DNA of 61,759 nucleotides, counting the filler, from Choristocarpus tenellus KU-1152 (lineage: Eukaryota; Protista; Phaeophyceae): assembly GCA_964200185.2 (NCBI GenBank). It is 7 parts of 7 records of this genome, joined end to end, with 100 filler letters (N's around TTAATTAATTAA, not from the genome) between each part and the next. Parts side by side here need not be neighbours in the genome. Positions count along the whole stretch, not along the records: positions 18,155 to 31,746 come from CAXNAD020001439.1; positions 31,847 to 40,238 come from CAXNAD020004773.1; 5 more parts are not named here. One strand, 5' to 3'. The notes beneath the pieces are model-generated. The model was not told the DNA's origin, made no database searches, and worked only from the letters and a program-made list of their open reading frames with translations. Of this stretch, positions 25,875 to 39,100 are shown in pieces. The number at the start of each line of letters is the position of its first letter. The stretch's first letter is position 1. Both the position numbers and the translations under genes were made by a program.

Positions 25875-26404
25875 ATGGAGGACGAGGGGATGCTTGAAAG
25901 CTGCCCCGTGTGCTATGAGAATTTCTCGTATGATCATAGGGCGACCGTGCCCAGGAAGTTGGAGTGTGGGCACATTGCGTGCACTCAATGTCTAGATGAC
26001 TGCTTTGAGGAGGATGGCACACGGAGAAAGCCGGAAGAGCCGGTGAGATAGAGAGTCCGGAGGGATTTCACAGGGTAGTGCAGTCTCATTACTCTGGGTG
26101 CTGTGCAGTCCTGTTTTGTTGAACGTGGTTACGGCCTTTGACATTAATCGTTTGGTACGAGCAAAAATCTGTTGCGATCATTTTTACGTTCGGAGTCCGT
26201 GACACAGGTCCGAGGTGCTTGCTTTTATAGAAAGCGCTAGAACGCGATCCGCCAGCCATCCACATTTTATCCGCTGTCTCTCTTTCCCCTCTTAGACTGT
26301 TTTTGACTTGTCGTTGTGTGGTTATGGTATGGTTTTGTTTAGACAGGCAGGTGGACTGGATGTAGAACGCCCACTATACTCGTGCTGTGGAGGAAATCGG
26401 CAAG

Positions 26405-26443
<39 letters not shown>

Positions 26444-28496
26444 GGGGGTTAGACTGTTGGATAAATGGGAAGCGCATCTTGTTCGCTCTCTGCTTGACCC
26501 ACCCACTGGACAGCAGTACCTTGTTGTAACAGAAGCTATCACCCATGAACTCATAGCCAAGATGTGGTCAAGTTGTCTATTTTTTGCGTAGGTAGGGAGA
26601 CATAAATTGGGTGACGCAGTAAAAACTGGATCACTGTCGCTGTCAAGGTCATCGTCGCTGCCAATATTTTGTGTCTGCCAGGACATTATCATTTTTTTTT
26701 GTCGCTTTCTCCGCTCGATTCATCCATAAGAGTGAAAGTACAGACGGTCAAGCCTTGAGGTCGCAAAGGTAGTCGGCCAATGCCCCCTTGAGAGTCTTCA
26801 GAATGGGAAGAGCATAAAGTGAAAATAAACAAAACTGTGGGCGCTTAACAATTTGTATGCACCCCACAAAACGCGAGAACGAGAGAGGAGACCGCCAATT
26901 GCAATTCATCGTTGTTGTGATAGCTCATCGTCGTTCTTACGCTCATCAACTGCTCGCGACCTCCTCACAAATCACTACACCTTTTACCTCACCAGTGTAG
27001 TTGACCCTAACTATTTGGGCATGTTAAATTACCCACACCTTCACGAACTGCCTATCGCATCTCCGTGGCACAGGTGCTTTCCACAACAGAGTTTGGATAA
27101 GTGAGTATAAGTGTGAAGTTAGTTACTGATGTAGGTTAATGGTGTGGTTTTGATTGACTTATTTTCCTACTTCTAGTATCAGTGGTGAGGGGATGGCAGT
27201 CATATTGCATCTTTGTCCACTGTAGTAGTGGCACGGACATCTATGTATGTCTTTCCTCCACACCCCACAAGCCTTAGGTACAAAAACCACAGTAAGTATT
27301 TCAATGAAGTGCGGCAAACCATTCCTCGTCCTTGGCAGAAAGGAGCAGGAGTCAGATGCCCTGAGTGCTTCTTGGTGACCATATGTCTGGATGTGGAAAC
27401 CATTCCCATTGCAACTCTAGATGGCGGGGTTGGGCTGGTCGCGACAGAGGAGAATGGGGGTGGGTATGCTGTAAACGGAGGTGGGACTGAGCAGTCAACG
27501 CCTCCAGCTGCAGCTATAGCAACAAATGGAAATGAGGGGTGAGATGATATGTTTAGCATGTGTACACTTAGTCTGGCTCATGTGAGTATTTGCACAAAGA
27601 CTCCAGCTTAGTTGCAACATCCATTTCTTTCCTGCGTGTCAACCCCCTGCATTCCAAGGGTGTTTCTCTGGGCAGAAGCCTATGTGATAACATGAGGGCC
27701 GAGGGAGAGCTTGGTGCCACAGAGTATTCTTACTTATAACAATATTTCGGTTACAACTCAAGTTTGTGGTTTGTCTTCTGGTGTTGATAGGAGTTTTTCC
27801 CCAATACGAGTGTGCATCTCACTTCAATTTAGAAATGGTTGTATAGGATTTCAAACTGCTTATTGATGATGCAGTTTTTTTCGAAACACTATGAGATCAT
27901 GTCTAGTTGTCCATAGTCCAGTCGGGCATTTGACCTTCGAGGCACTTGTGTTCAAGAATACAAAACAAGTTGGACCACTCTTTTCTGTGTATGAGAAATG
28001 CCAACGAAGAGAGTCATGTTGTGAGTTTTAGAGGCCCCTATGATGGTCTAGTGGTGTTTTTGTTTAGAACACTGTGCAAGGCACTTTTGGCTAACCATGT
28101 GTTCAGAGCAAAACTTCTTCTATAGCCCACTCTCCCAAGGGGGCTTTACTGCATGTCAGCATGGGCATGGTGTATACTGCAAGAGGTTATAAATTACCCT
28201 AGAGCTCAAAAGTGCCCAAGCCCAACCCCCTCTTTGATGGTTTGCACCAACGGCACGTCAGTTTTTCTGGTGTGATTTTGAGTTTGACCTTGAGTTCGAA
28301 TATGGGTGTCATACACACTTTAACGTGAGTGTAACGATACAGTAAAGAGGTGTTTTTAGAAAATGTATTTTATTTTTATTGTGTTGCAGTTATCTAGTAT
28401 GAATCGTTATCGAGTCTGTGATTATCTAAGAGTTCCCGGTTAGAAATGCTATCTTTTGAAATTTGTCTTTGATGTCCCTTGATGTCAATGTTCTTA

Positions 28497-28533
<37 letters not shown>

Positions 28534-28722
28534 CTGCACCTGAGAAAAAAAGATATTGATCGTGTTATTGACCCTTCCTTTTTATTTCAGCTAGACCGCC
28601 TTGTAATTGATACGTTATGTAATGGAGAAATTACTCTGTACACACGTAAGTTCCAATGATGAAGACATTCTTACAAAATTTGAAAGAGCGGTGTTTCATG
28701 CTCACAATATGTACACACACAC

Positions 28723-28757
<35 letters not shown>

Positions 28758-29953
28758 TGTTATCTTGGTGTTCTTATGTCGTTGGTGTTGTGTTATGTAC
28801 TGAACAAAGTAGTAATTTTGACACTTTGTGTTATGTACTGAACAAAGTAGTAGTTTTGACACTTTCAACCTGGTAAGGCATGTCAGCAGACTGCACTCTG
28901 CACTTTTGAACCATCGCCCTATTAGTATAATAATTGTATTGTTATTAACTCAAAAATTTTATGTTAGGGTTAGGGTTGTAATTCTGGTTGTAGTAATTTG
29001 TCCTATGATTTGAAGAGTGATAAACTATGTATGGTATTAAGATTGTAGTCTGTTGGAAGACTACGATCAATGCTTACTTTATCACCATTAGTGTTAGCTT
29101 TCTTGTGACTGCCTTGTGGTGCATTATTACTATTATTATTATTATTTGGGTTACTATTATTATTATTACTACTACTATTATTATTACTATTACTATTATT
29201 ACTATTATTATTTTTTATTTTGATGCGTATTGATGTTGAATTTGAGCTATTGATTGGTTTGGTTGTTACTCTTTGCATGCTAGTACATCATGAAAACCTT
29301 TTTTTTCTTTGATGAAACCAATATATTAGTGTATTCAACCACTGTGCACCATGGATATTTTAAAGCAATATAAAGGTCTTTGTCATTTCTAACTGCAATA
29401 TTGTCATTTCTAACTGCCGTCAATGTCAAGAGCAATGATTTGCTATCTTTGTCATTATTCACTTCAGTATTTCCATTATTCACTGCAATATTGTCATTTC
29501 TAACTGCAGTATTGTCAATATCCACTGCAATATTGTCATCTCTAACTGCAGTATTGCCATTATTCACTGCAGTATTGTCATTATTCACTGCATTATTGCC
29601 ATTACTCACTCCATTATTGTCAACATTGTCATTATTGTTGCCTTTGTTGTAATGCCAAGGGGGAGGCCAGCTATGACAACTGTCAATGGTAATAATGGTA
29701 ATAGTAATAATAATAATGTCGTAGCAAGTGCTAGTGCCAAGAACTCAACGTCCAGCATGACCTCCAAGCTCCAGGCGTTTCTAAGCAGCAGTCAATCAGA
29801 CAACAGTGTGCCAGGGTTGCAGGACAACAAAGAGGGTGGGACGGGGGAAGGGGAATTAATGGGTTTGCAAGGAGTGCAGAGGAGTTGTCAGATGGAGGGG
29901 TGTCAGAACATCGATGTGTACAATGTTGGATTGTGTCCACTGCATACCAAAAG
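25875..29953 (+). CDS. RING-finger (C3HC4-type) protein, multi-exon, 3' end uncertain
   Basis: Exon 25875-26043 MEDEGMLESCPVCYENF...PRKLECGHIACTQCL. The last Cys pair VRCPEC lies in exon ~27278-27538. Two tentative small exons (~26343-26404, ~27074-27100) keep phase. The phase-2 donor at 27539 matches phase-2 exon 29660-29953 (Asn/Ser-rich, ending CQMEGCQNIDVYNVGLCPLH). Confidence 0.6.
28789..28865. repeat. 38-bp tandem duplication
   Basis: TGTGTTATGTACTGAACAAAGTAGTA(A/G)TTTTGACACTT x2. Confidence 0.9.
29380..29640. repeat. 21-bp minisatellite
   Basis: About 10 degenerate copies of ACTGCAGTATTGTCATTATTC. Confidence 0.9.
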
Positions 29954-30039
29954 GTGGGATATACATCCATATATACATGATACATATATATACATACATA
30001 ATACACAATTGTACTAGAAATTATGATTATGTTAATTTT

Positions 30040-30340
30040 GAATAATGTGGTACTAAAAGTTATGAATGATGATTATCTTAATTATGATTATGTGGTACTA
30101 ACAATTATGAATGATGATTATCTTAATTATGATTATGTGGTACTAACAACTATGAATAGTGTGAAACTAACAACTATGAATGATGATTATCTTAATTATG
30201 ATTATGTGGTACTAACAACTATGAATAGTGTGAAACTAACAACTATGAATGATGATTATCTTTATTATGGTTATGTAGTACTAACAGTAATAAATACTGT
30301 AGTACTAACAATTATGAATAATGTGGTACTAACAACAATA
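30040..30340. repeat. Composite minisatellite of 21-bp and 24-bp units
   Basis: Alternating GTGGTACTAACAACTATGAAT and GATGATTATCTTAATTATGATTAT. Confidence 0.88.
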
Positions 30341-30654
30341 ACCACTGTACCTGACCATTCTTGAAGTAATTGTCATTACAAGACTCTATTTATGCATGAA
30401 GTAATCCTGACCCTAACTCTGAGCAGAAGTGACGTGATTTGTTGGCATACACTACACATTGTAAGGATGCAGATTTAGAAAAAAGGGAGTATCAAAGTAT
30501 GTATTACTTCAGTGTTTTTTTACCACTAGCAAGTGCTTGTATGCCTACTTTTAAAATTGACATACTGTACTTCCGTTAGTAACATTTACTTATCATCTGA
30601 GAAAATATTTAGAAATGTTGTTGCCCTCAACCCAGCACACATTGTATGTGCAGT

Positions 30655-30935
30655 CTATTAGACATGTCGTAGGCTATATAGCTACTCCATTTTTTTGTCT
30701 TTTTTCAGACATATTGTAGGCTATAAAGCTATACTCCAATTTTTGCATTTTTTCAGGTATAGTGTAAGCTATAGAGCTATACTCCAGTTGAGTATTTTTT
30801 AGACATACTGTGGGCTATGGAGCTATACTCCCATTTTTGTCTTTTTTCAGACATATACTGTAGGCTATGGAGCTATACTCCCATTTTTGTCTTTTTTCAG
30901 ACATATACTGTAGGCTATAGAGCTATACTCCAATT
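30655..30935. repeat. ~49-50-bp minisatellite, ~6 copies
   Basis: TTTTTCAGACATATACTGTAGGCTATGGAGCTATACTCCCATTTTTGTC units. Confidence 0.9.
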
Positions 30936-31010
30936 AAGTATGTTTTCTCTGAAGCTTATGCATGGTGTGTTCTTACATCTGTATGACGCTGTTGTTTCAC
31001 ATGCCTTGAT

Positions 31011-31192
31011 ATGCCCACTATATTCTTCGAACTTATAATAGTAACAATAATAATAATAATAATGGTAATAATAATAATAATATGCCCACTATATTCTTCG
31101 AACTTATAATAGTAATAGTAATAATAATATGCTCACTGTATTCTTCGAACTTATAATAGTAATAATAATAATAATAATGGTAATAATAATAT
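31011..31192. repeat. Three ~34-bp units separated by (AAT)n tracts
   Basis: ATGCCCACTATATTCTTCGAACTTATAATAGTAA at 31011, 31082, 31129. Confidence 0.85.
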
Positions 31193-31849
31193 TGTGTTGT
31201 TCCCACTCTCAACCAACTACTTCCTCTGTTTAACATCTTTTTGGAGAGTTTGAGGGGTGGAAAAAATACTGCATCAGGAAGGCGTTTCTTGCAGCTTTTC
31301 ATCGGTCAGCATTGAATAGATCAGACTACGTCTGATTTCGCTGAGAAATTAAGGTATACCTCATAATGGGTTTTTGCAACACCCAAACAAAAAAATGAAA
31401 ATATGATACCATCTGGAGCATTTACAATGCCCACTACCCAATACACACCTCACACTGTTTAAAGTGATGCTGAACCAAGAAAGCATTATATATATTTATA
31501 TAGATGTATATATTTGTGCAGATATCATGTACTGGTTGGGGAGTATTCAGCACTCCTCTAGCCCTAACCCTTGTCCTTACACACGCCACTCGCAATGTAC
31601 TCCATTATATTATTATTGATAATATATTATTAAATTGTTTTGTTTAGTATAGTATTTTGTTGAGTGGTAGTGAACATGAACATGACCCCCCCCCCCCACC
31701 TCTTTTAAAAATACACTCTTGATTGCACTTTCAATAGAGCTTCTGTNNNNNNNNNNNNNNNNNNNNNNNNNNNNNNNNNNNNNNNNNNNNTTAATTAATT
31801 AANNNNNNNNNNNNNNNNNNNNNNNNNNNNNNNNNNNNNNNNNNNNCAG

Positions 31850-33150
31850 GTGACTTTAAGTAGTAGACCCTAACCACCAGCCCCAAGAATACCATGGATG
31901 AGGGCACTGTAAGGGGCCTGGTGAGACCTGTATTAAAACGCATCTGGGATACCGAACCTCAAGACCAGACACTGACCGCTGTGATAGGTGGTCACAGTTA
32001 CAGATGATGACCAGACCCTCCATGTGAGGGAGATCAAGGGCCAGTTGCCAAACTGACCAGGATGGGCTATTGTGGTTCTGCCAGCAATTGGGCACATCCT
32101 GTGCAAGTAGCTATTACTATTTTTGTCATCAGTACCTAGAAATTTTTTCATCAGAATGTGAAGGGAGCGAATGAGGTTTGGAAATCGGGGCTGGTGGTTT
32201 CAGTGTGTGTATACCACATGTGTTTTTATTTATGTCTCCATCGGAATGAGTAACCCAGCAGAATGTTGTCAGAGGGGATATGGTAAGCCATCTTGCAAAA
32301 GCACTCAATCCCTTTGTCCTCAAATTGTATGCACACAAATATGCCTACGTAAATTTCATTACCTCTAATCACTTTTTTTATCTACTGTAAGTTTTTTTTT
32401 AACCTCTGTTCATGATCACTAACACAATCAACAAGAGTAAGGTATTTAGAGGATATATGCACAAATATCAAGAACACTACTTGATCAAATTGTAGAATTA
32501 GTGTGTGTTACTGCGCTGCTCGAGAGTAGTGCATGTGTATGGTACATTGTACATTTCTATTTTGGTCAACTTCTTTGTCCCTGAATATCCATTGTATTGT
32601 TAGTTTGCAAGCTCTTCAAAAATTCATATCACCCTTGGCAATCTTTTTTGGGCTGTGGTTCCACATCTGGTCCATCTCTGTCCACCTCCTCCTTGCTGTT
32701 TCTCTCCTGAATGCACAATTCTATGCAGTACCTGATACGTCATCCATAGTACGTGCCCATTATATCCATCATTATTTACCTTTACCGTGTGGGTCATGTA
32801 TGTATGTGTATATATATATAACAAGCAGGCGGAACATACGGTATGTGAGGTTGGTCTCTCAAAGTTTTAACCTAAAATGAACTCTGGTTTAGTATTGTCC
32901 AGGTCAAGGTCAGCGTCAAGCCTCTAGCACTAGGTGCTGAGTTCAGGTAGGTAAGTAGGTACCTTTGCAGAAACAAGTGCGGCACAAGGTAAGAGGCAAT
33001 GTTCTTTGACTGGGCAGGTTCCCCTTTTCCATGAAGACAGGAAGACACTGCAAGAGTCAGCATACCATGAAGACCTTCTTTGACTAGGCATGCACACATC
33101 TATTCTTACTTTGAGGCCAAATCGAACCAGTCAATGAAAGTCATCATGGT
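31850..33150 (-). mobile_element. Decayed LINE reverse-transcriptase relic
   Basis: Fragments in RT order: HGKGEPAQSKN (KKGD..NYRP-like), FLGTDD (YADD-like), VSGLEVRYPRC (SGLxxNxxK-like), YSWGWWLG (YLG-like). Frameshifted. Confidence 0.4.
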
Positions 33151-34399
33151 GTGCTTGCTACATCTTGCTATATGCCACACCTGTCTCCACAGAAGTACGT
33201 ACCACCTACACTGAATGGCTGAGCACCTCTAGTGTCGAGGACTGGAGAGTCAGTACAGCTTCCCTTCGCAGTACAGAGAACTAACTCTCCACAAAAAAAA
33301 TGCAAATGTAGAGGGGTTGTAGGTTACGTACCTAGAGCATTCCTACATCTCCAACAAAAATGCAACCTGTCCTTGAATTACGGGTAGTAGCACCCACCAT
33401 GCAGTAAGCCCTCATTTTGTGCATATTGTCTATTGCTTCACAGTTGAATAAAGGGTTGGTGGGTGGTGGGTGACTTGATAGGATTTATTTTCCACTGTTG
33501 TGTAATTCTGTGATTTTGTGACTGCTTCTTGTAGAAGATGACGAACTTAGGTCTCATGTCTCTACTTAGTTATTTCTCTGTGTGGGGTATTTCAATTTAG
33601 TACCAGAAAAAAAAAGGCGACAATGTGTATACTTGATAAAAAATGTTCTCCCACAGGACGAATCCGAGTGGGTAGTGGTTACTGAGACGTTCCTTGTGAG
33701 GAATAGGATTGTCAGGCATGTCGAAGAAACCAATCCATCAAGCATAACGGTAGGGCGAGTCAAAACGGAGAGGCATTCCTTACAGTAGTTGAGACAATCT
33801 AATAGGCGAACACATTTCGTGCAACTACAACACGACCTCGTCCCTCTACTACTTTGACAACTTTCCTTTAGTGAGTGTGCACATCTCCGTCGTAAATAAT
33901 GACTCTAAGAACATGCTTTAGATGTTTTTTTAAGGGCGTGATAATCTGTCACACTTGGTAGATGATGTTTTGTGGTACCTACAAAATTAGCATCTGAGTC
34001 AGATTGTTACGCCTACTCACTAATAACATGGTCTGAGTTGTGACAAGAATTCTGTGTCACACCGATTTCTGATCAAAACCAAAGAAAAGAACTGGGAACG
34101 AGGATTATTTTATGGAGGTGGTGGTAACGAGATCAGGAGATCCGTCTCTTTGGGTTGCATGTAATCTCCGATTTTACCACAAAATTGGGTTAAAACAGAT
34201 TTCTTGGTTGGATATGTAAGTCTTGCCATTATTTAGAATGAGTAGTACTTCTCCCTCTTCTATATCCAAATTAAGATCCAGTTCTTTTGGATTCAAGAGT
34301 TAACGTTCAAACGTTCCCAATTCCCCCTAACTTCTGGTGTGGAGAATCGAGAATCCAAACTATCCTCCATACAATACACATCATTTCCCTAAGGCCCAC

Positions 34400-37300
34400 A
34401 TGGTTCGGCTCTGTTTGCTTCTTCTTGGGATCGCATTGGCACATGTTTCTGTGAGTGGTCAACACCACAACAGACAGGCAATCGAACCAGGCCACCCGCG
34501 TGCTGTGAATGCGGCTAAGGTGAATTAAAAGCGTCGTAGTCGACACTTGACACGATCCATTATTGAGAAGCGCATTTGCCAGAACTTCATCATGTAGACA
34601 TCGCCGCATCCCTAAACTCACCTCGCCTCTGAACTATCTCTGCCGTATATTCACACAGTTTGCGGTTCGTGAGCTCCAGAAGTTGTCTGACACTGGGATA
34701 TATGAAACATTGGTGCTCAAGAAAATTGTTCAAGCATCGACGGGGGTGCGTATTTCCCTCTTACACCCAGGAATTTTGTGATGTTTTTGTTTAGCTGGTA
34801 CGTCAGGGTAGAAGGAAAATAACACCTACGGGTATTGAGATTGAGTTAAACAAAGGAAGACCCTCAAAAATAGTAGATCGCGTTTGGATACTAGAGTGAA
34901 GAAGCTGTATTCTCTGGACGAAAACATCTCAGGTTGGAGTGTTTCACTACAACTCCTTTCTCACCATCGAGCTGGCGAGCTCATATTTCAAGAGTGGGCA
35001 CCCGTCGGAAACCTTCGATATGATGGTAATGCGACATAAGGAAAGCGGGCACGTTAGGTACGCGTTCTGTTCAGAGAGAAAGAAAACCCACAAACCCAAC
35101 TAACCCAACGGAGTCTAACATGAGTGTATCGAAACAATGATTTCAGTCTATGTTCTCGAAGTTGGGGATGGTAAGGTGGGTAGGTTAACACGGAGCACAT
35201 TTTTTTTAGCTGATGAATGACCACCTCAACCTATCGATCATACATGGCATAATAAAAAGATCTAATCCTACATGTCCTCTGCATCACTATATTTACTGTG
35301 AAGAATTTGGCAAAAAGCCATAATGGAATCAATGAATAAATTGAATTTTTTCGCCCCTTTCATAGATCTCAGGCATTGGTTTTGCACATCGCCGTATTAC
35401 TGGTGCTCTACTTGATTGCTGTCAGTGCTACATGACTTTAAAATCTTATCTTTGACTCAGAAAAAACAACTATCACTATTCATCCATGTACAGCTTTGCT
35501 ATCAATACCTTCCCAGAGATGGATCCTGAGGCGTTGGAAGACTTCTATATTGAGAAGGTGGGTTTGAGCACTCTACATAATGTGGTTATGAACACTACCC
35601 GGCAAGTTTGATGTGCAAGCATTTAAGCATAGCAAATAGCAACACATTTTTTTAATCAAAGCCCTAAGCAGGTCCCAATACTATCATTGTGAATCATGAC
35701 AGCTTAATCAAATTGATTCTACAATTGAAAAAAATAAAGATTGCAATCTAAAAGTTTCGACCATTTGAAAATAATTTCACACATGCACAAGGTGTGTGGT
35801 TTGCATTCAACTTCCATTCAGCACTCAGAGAGCTTCAATTCAATCAAATACATAGAACCTTTCCAAACTGATTGAATATATATATGCATGAATAATTTTG
35901 ATTCTCATCACCAAAATATTTCCATAGTTTGTTTTTCTCAAACATACACAAACTGTGCACTCTGCCCCAAAGTTCCTTCTCAGTACACTATTGTATCACT
36001 TTGTGTAGTGTGTACACTTTTCAGTTATAGTAATGAGAAAAGGCAAGCATTTTGGTATATTTAATTTATGACCTCAAAAAATTCAATTTAAAACACCAGC
36101 CAATACTATGTGCGGTGACAAAATTGCATTATATTCTTGGTGTAGGTGGAACGCCAGCGGCAAGCCCGAGTTGCATTCTTTAACAAACTGGATGCAGAGG
36201 TAGAAGGGGGAATAGGGGTCCTCCGTCAGGAGGGGAATTCAGACCCAGCTGCATTGGCCACGAGCATGATGAGAAAGAGGGCAACAGAACTGGCAAAGCT
36301 GATTGACGAAGGCAGCTACATTGCTTGATTCATACCTCCAAAAACACAGTTTATGCTTGAAAACCTGAAAATGAAACATTCATAACTGAAAATTGAACAT
36401 GGATAACCCCTGTAGAAGCGTAAGATTTGGTTTGGGCAGGTACAGGAAGATGTTCCCATTTTTTGTTGCAAGTTAAATGGTGACAAAACTTTGCACTCTT
36501 AGTTTGAGTTAAATCTGCTTTCACATCTACTCTCTGGTAGGATGCATGAAAATTAAGTGGGGAAATGGTAATAATATTTTTTGCTCTTGTAAGATGAATG
36601 GTGTGACAAAACATTTACTATACTCCAGAGGAGATGATAGAGAGAAACTGTAACAACATCGATTTATGCCTCAGTTTGTGAGACCGGTAGTAGCACCAAA
36701 GCAATCATCATAGATATTCCACAATAATTTCACTTTTTCAATCTATTTTGTGTCAGGTGGCGATCTGGGACAGGCTGCTCAGGATGAGTTGGATAGGCGC
36801 TGGGAAAGCAGTGTTGAGGGACAGCTCAGTTTGCTCAACACCACATCATTAAAGGTTTGTCAAAAAATTCTTCATACCCACCCATGGGAATCAAGATTTC
36901 CAATGGGAGTGAAACATCCCTACCAGGAATTCCTTGCTGATGATTTCAAACACAATGTTGTACTTTTCTCTCCAAGTTTGAGTATGCTAAGACTGCTCTG
37001 TTAATGTGCGGCGATGCTCTCCAAAGAATGTACCTTTATTCTTAAACATTCTCCAGAAAAGTAGGCGTGTTCAAGTCTTGTGGACAGTTATTTTTCAGGA
37101 AAACCTCTTCCAAAGATTAAGGTGGCGCTTCTCATCTTTTCCATCTAGTGTGTGCATGCTTTGTATCCAGTTGATTGTCAATTTGATGCACCCTTGTTGT
37201 GCCTATTCTGCAGACAACCTCCAACACCTGCATATAACCTACACAAAATCAATTTGTGAATAAGGAGAACCAAGTTTCTTCACACCTTCCAATGTTTTTC

Positions 37301-37439
37301 TCACACTCTTGCAATCACTCATTCTTTTTTTTACTTTTGACAGGATATTTTGTCAGACTTGGCTGCACCACCATTCAAACAAAGTATAGCAAAGGAAATT
37401 CTAGCATCACGCCTCCGTTTCCTTGGACATCAAGAATAA
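34400..37439 (+). CDS. Secreted protein with cystatin-like N-terminal domain and helical C-terminus, 7 exons, ~251 aa
   Basis: Exons 34400-34519, 34659-34745, 34933-35057, 35494-35557, 36146-36311 (GC donor), 36757-36854, 37344-37439, all phase-consistent to TAA. Signal peptide MVRLCLLLLGIALAHVSVSG; HPRAVNAAKFAVREL...LVLKKIVQASTGVGVFHYNSFLTIEL. Confidence 0.8.
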
Positions 37440-37781
37440 GGGTGAGTCGATAAGGATCTGAAACAGTTACAGAATAATCTTGCTTGATGCCGTCTCCCTG
37501 TTTCCCCCATATTTTCTAGTTGAGTGCCCAGTCCAACTCAAGTTCTCAGTCAAAACCATGCAATGATCCCCAAAACACAGCACCAGTGGCATCAATGAGA
37601 AAATTGTAGGAACCCTCTGTAAGTCCTTGCATGCAATAAGGTGTTGGCTGCGAAGCAATTACAAGGGACGAATGTGAGTATTATGTACACAACAATATTT
37701 TCAGTTAGGTTCTTTGTGTGGTCCATTGTCGGTCCTACAGCAATGTCCTATTATGTCTGTAACGTAGTAACATCAGTATCA

Positions 37782-38051
37782 GAGTGAAAGAATCTTAGAG
37801 GGTACTAGTTTTGCCCTGTTTGTTCATTTGGGGTATACCCTTTTGGCTTCCCACAGGTTTTTTATGACGTTTTCCTACTCCAAAATGTTTAGGAGTAGGT
37901 AAAATGTGTATGTTATGAAAAGGTGAGTCTGAAACATGGATATTGACACTTCCTAGCAAACACAATAATAGCCAAAATTACATCAAAAGTGCAACATTGG
38001 ATTTTGACCCCCCAAACGGACAGGACTCTACCCTCTAAGACACTTTGACTC
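37782..38051. mobile_element. MITE family A copy
   Basis: GAGTGAAAGAATCTTAGAGGGTA ... TACCCTCTAAGACACTTTGACTC; flanked by TCA/TCA. Confidence 0.9.
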
Positions 38052-38249
38052 TCACATCTTGGCTCAAAGTCTCTCCACATTTTAGCCAGGATAGTATGAG
38101 TATCGCACCCTCAAGACACAATACCACTGTATGATAGTTTTTGCTATTGTTTTTGTTTTCAGTAAATTGGTGTCAAAGTAGCTGTGGGTTAGTTATGAAC
38201 CAACCACAGCATTATTGTTGCCAACAATGCCCAATTATAACCTCTGCAG

Positions 38250-39100
38250 GGAGTAAGACTGAGCGACAGAAAAGAGTCGTTAATAGACGAGGATTCAATA
38301 TGGACCTGTTGCAACCAAAATGATCCAGTGCAACCTAAAAAATGTGTGCATGCACATCTTCTGTGACCCTGACACTGAGACATGGTTGGTGATGAGTCTT
38401 GGGCATGCTTGTTCTTACGAAGGAGCAGAAAGCGCACAGCCACCGATATCATCCTCCAGATTAAGCTGCATCATTGTTCTTAGATATGTATTGTTCCCAA
38501 CATTGAGTGTGCATTCAATATTGTGCAGAAAATCCCAGTGTCAGGATGCAACGCATAAAATAAGGGAAAAAATGGAAGCAAAGAGGGAATTCTGTGCCAT
38601 TGTTAGAAGTGGACCCAACACTCTCATTTGATTAGTATGCATCAAGAACAACTTTAAAGTCGTCAAGCTCAGGTTTTGTTTATCGCCATCACAACATATT
38701 GAAGCATACCATATCCATCACACACTTCCACAAGGTCAGAAATGGTGTGTGACCCTTGAGGCCCTTCCAAACTGTGCTACATGAACCCACAGTTATATTC
38801 TCAACAGTTGGGACGGTTGTTTGCCATAACTACTCTCAACCAGTCAATCCCAGTCTTGCAGATGACAACTTTTTTCTGCATAGATGACAGCTTTGCTACA
38901 CACAGATAACAGCTTTGCTACACACCATCATGATTTTTATTGCAACTCTCAAGAACCTCACAGACAGAGGGAGGGTATGGGGGGTAAAGGACAAGTAATT
39001 GCTAGAATTTCTGATCAAATAATCATATATCTCGTGGTCAAACTTTGGAAAGTGGGAACCAGATATTAGCATACTTCTCCTCTCAACACTGAGGTCCGAG
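38250..39100 (+). mobile_element. Decayed LINE reverse-transcriptase relic
   Basis: Fragments QNDPVQPKK, RKRTATDIILQI, ISMHQ, DP..RP, LADD in the expected RT order. Interrupted. Confidence 0.35.

Noticed and set aside
26351-26404. Possible TAG readthrough or recoding (VDWM*NAHYTRAVEEIGK; also IE*I near 31316)
   Set aside because: Alternative stop-free frames exist, and none of the confidently modelled exons (CFAP57, HAD, cystatin-like) contains an in-frame TAG.
29003-30364. Repetitive ORFs (Asn-rich, TAVNNDN, NDDYLNYDY) in the ORF track
   Set aside because: By-products of 3n-length mini/microsatellites; no splice or homology support, except exon 29660-29953.
31011-31192. CRISPR-like repeat-spacer arrangement
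   Set aside because: Spacers are (AAT)n microsatellite, there are only three units, the context is eukaryotic and no cas genes are present.
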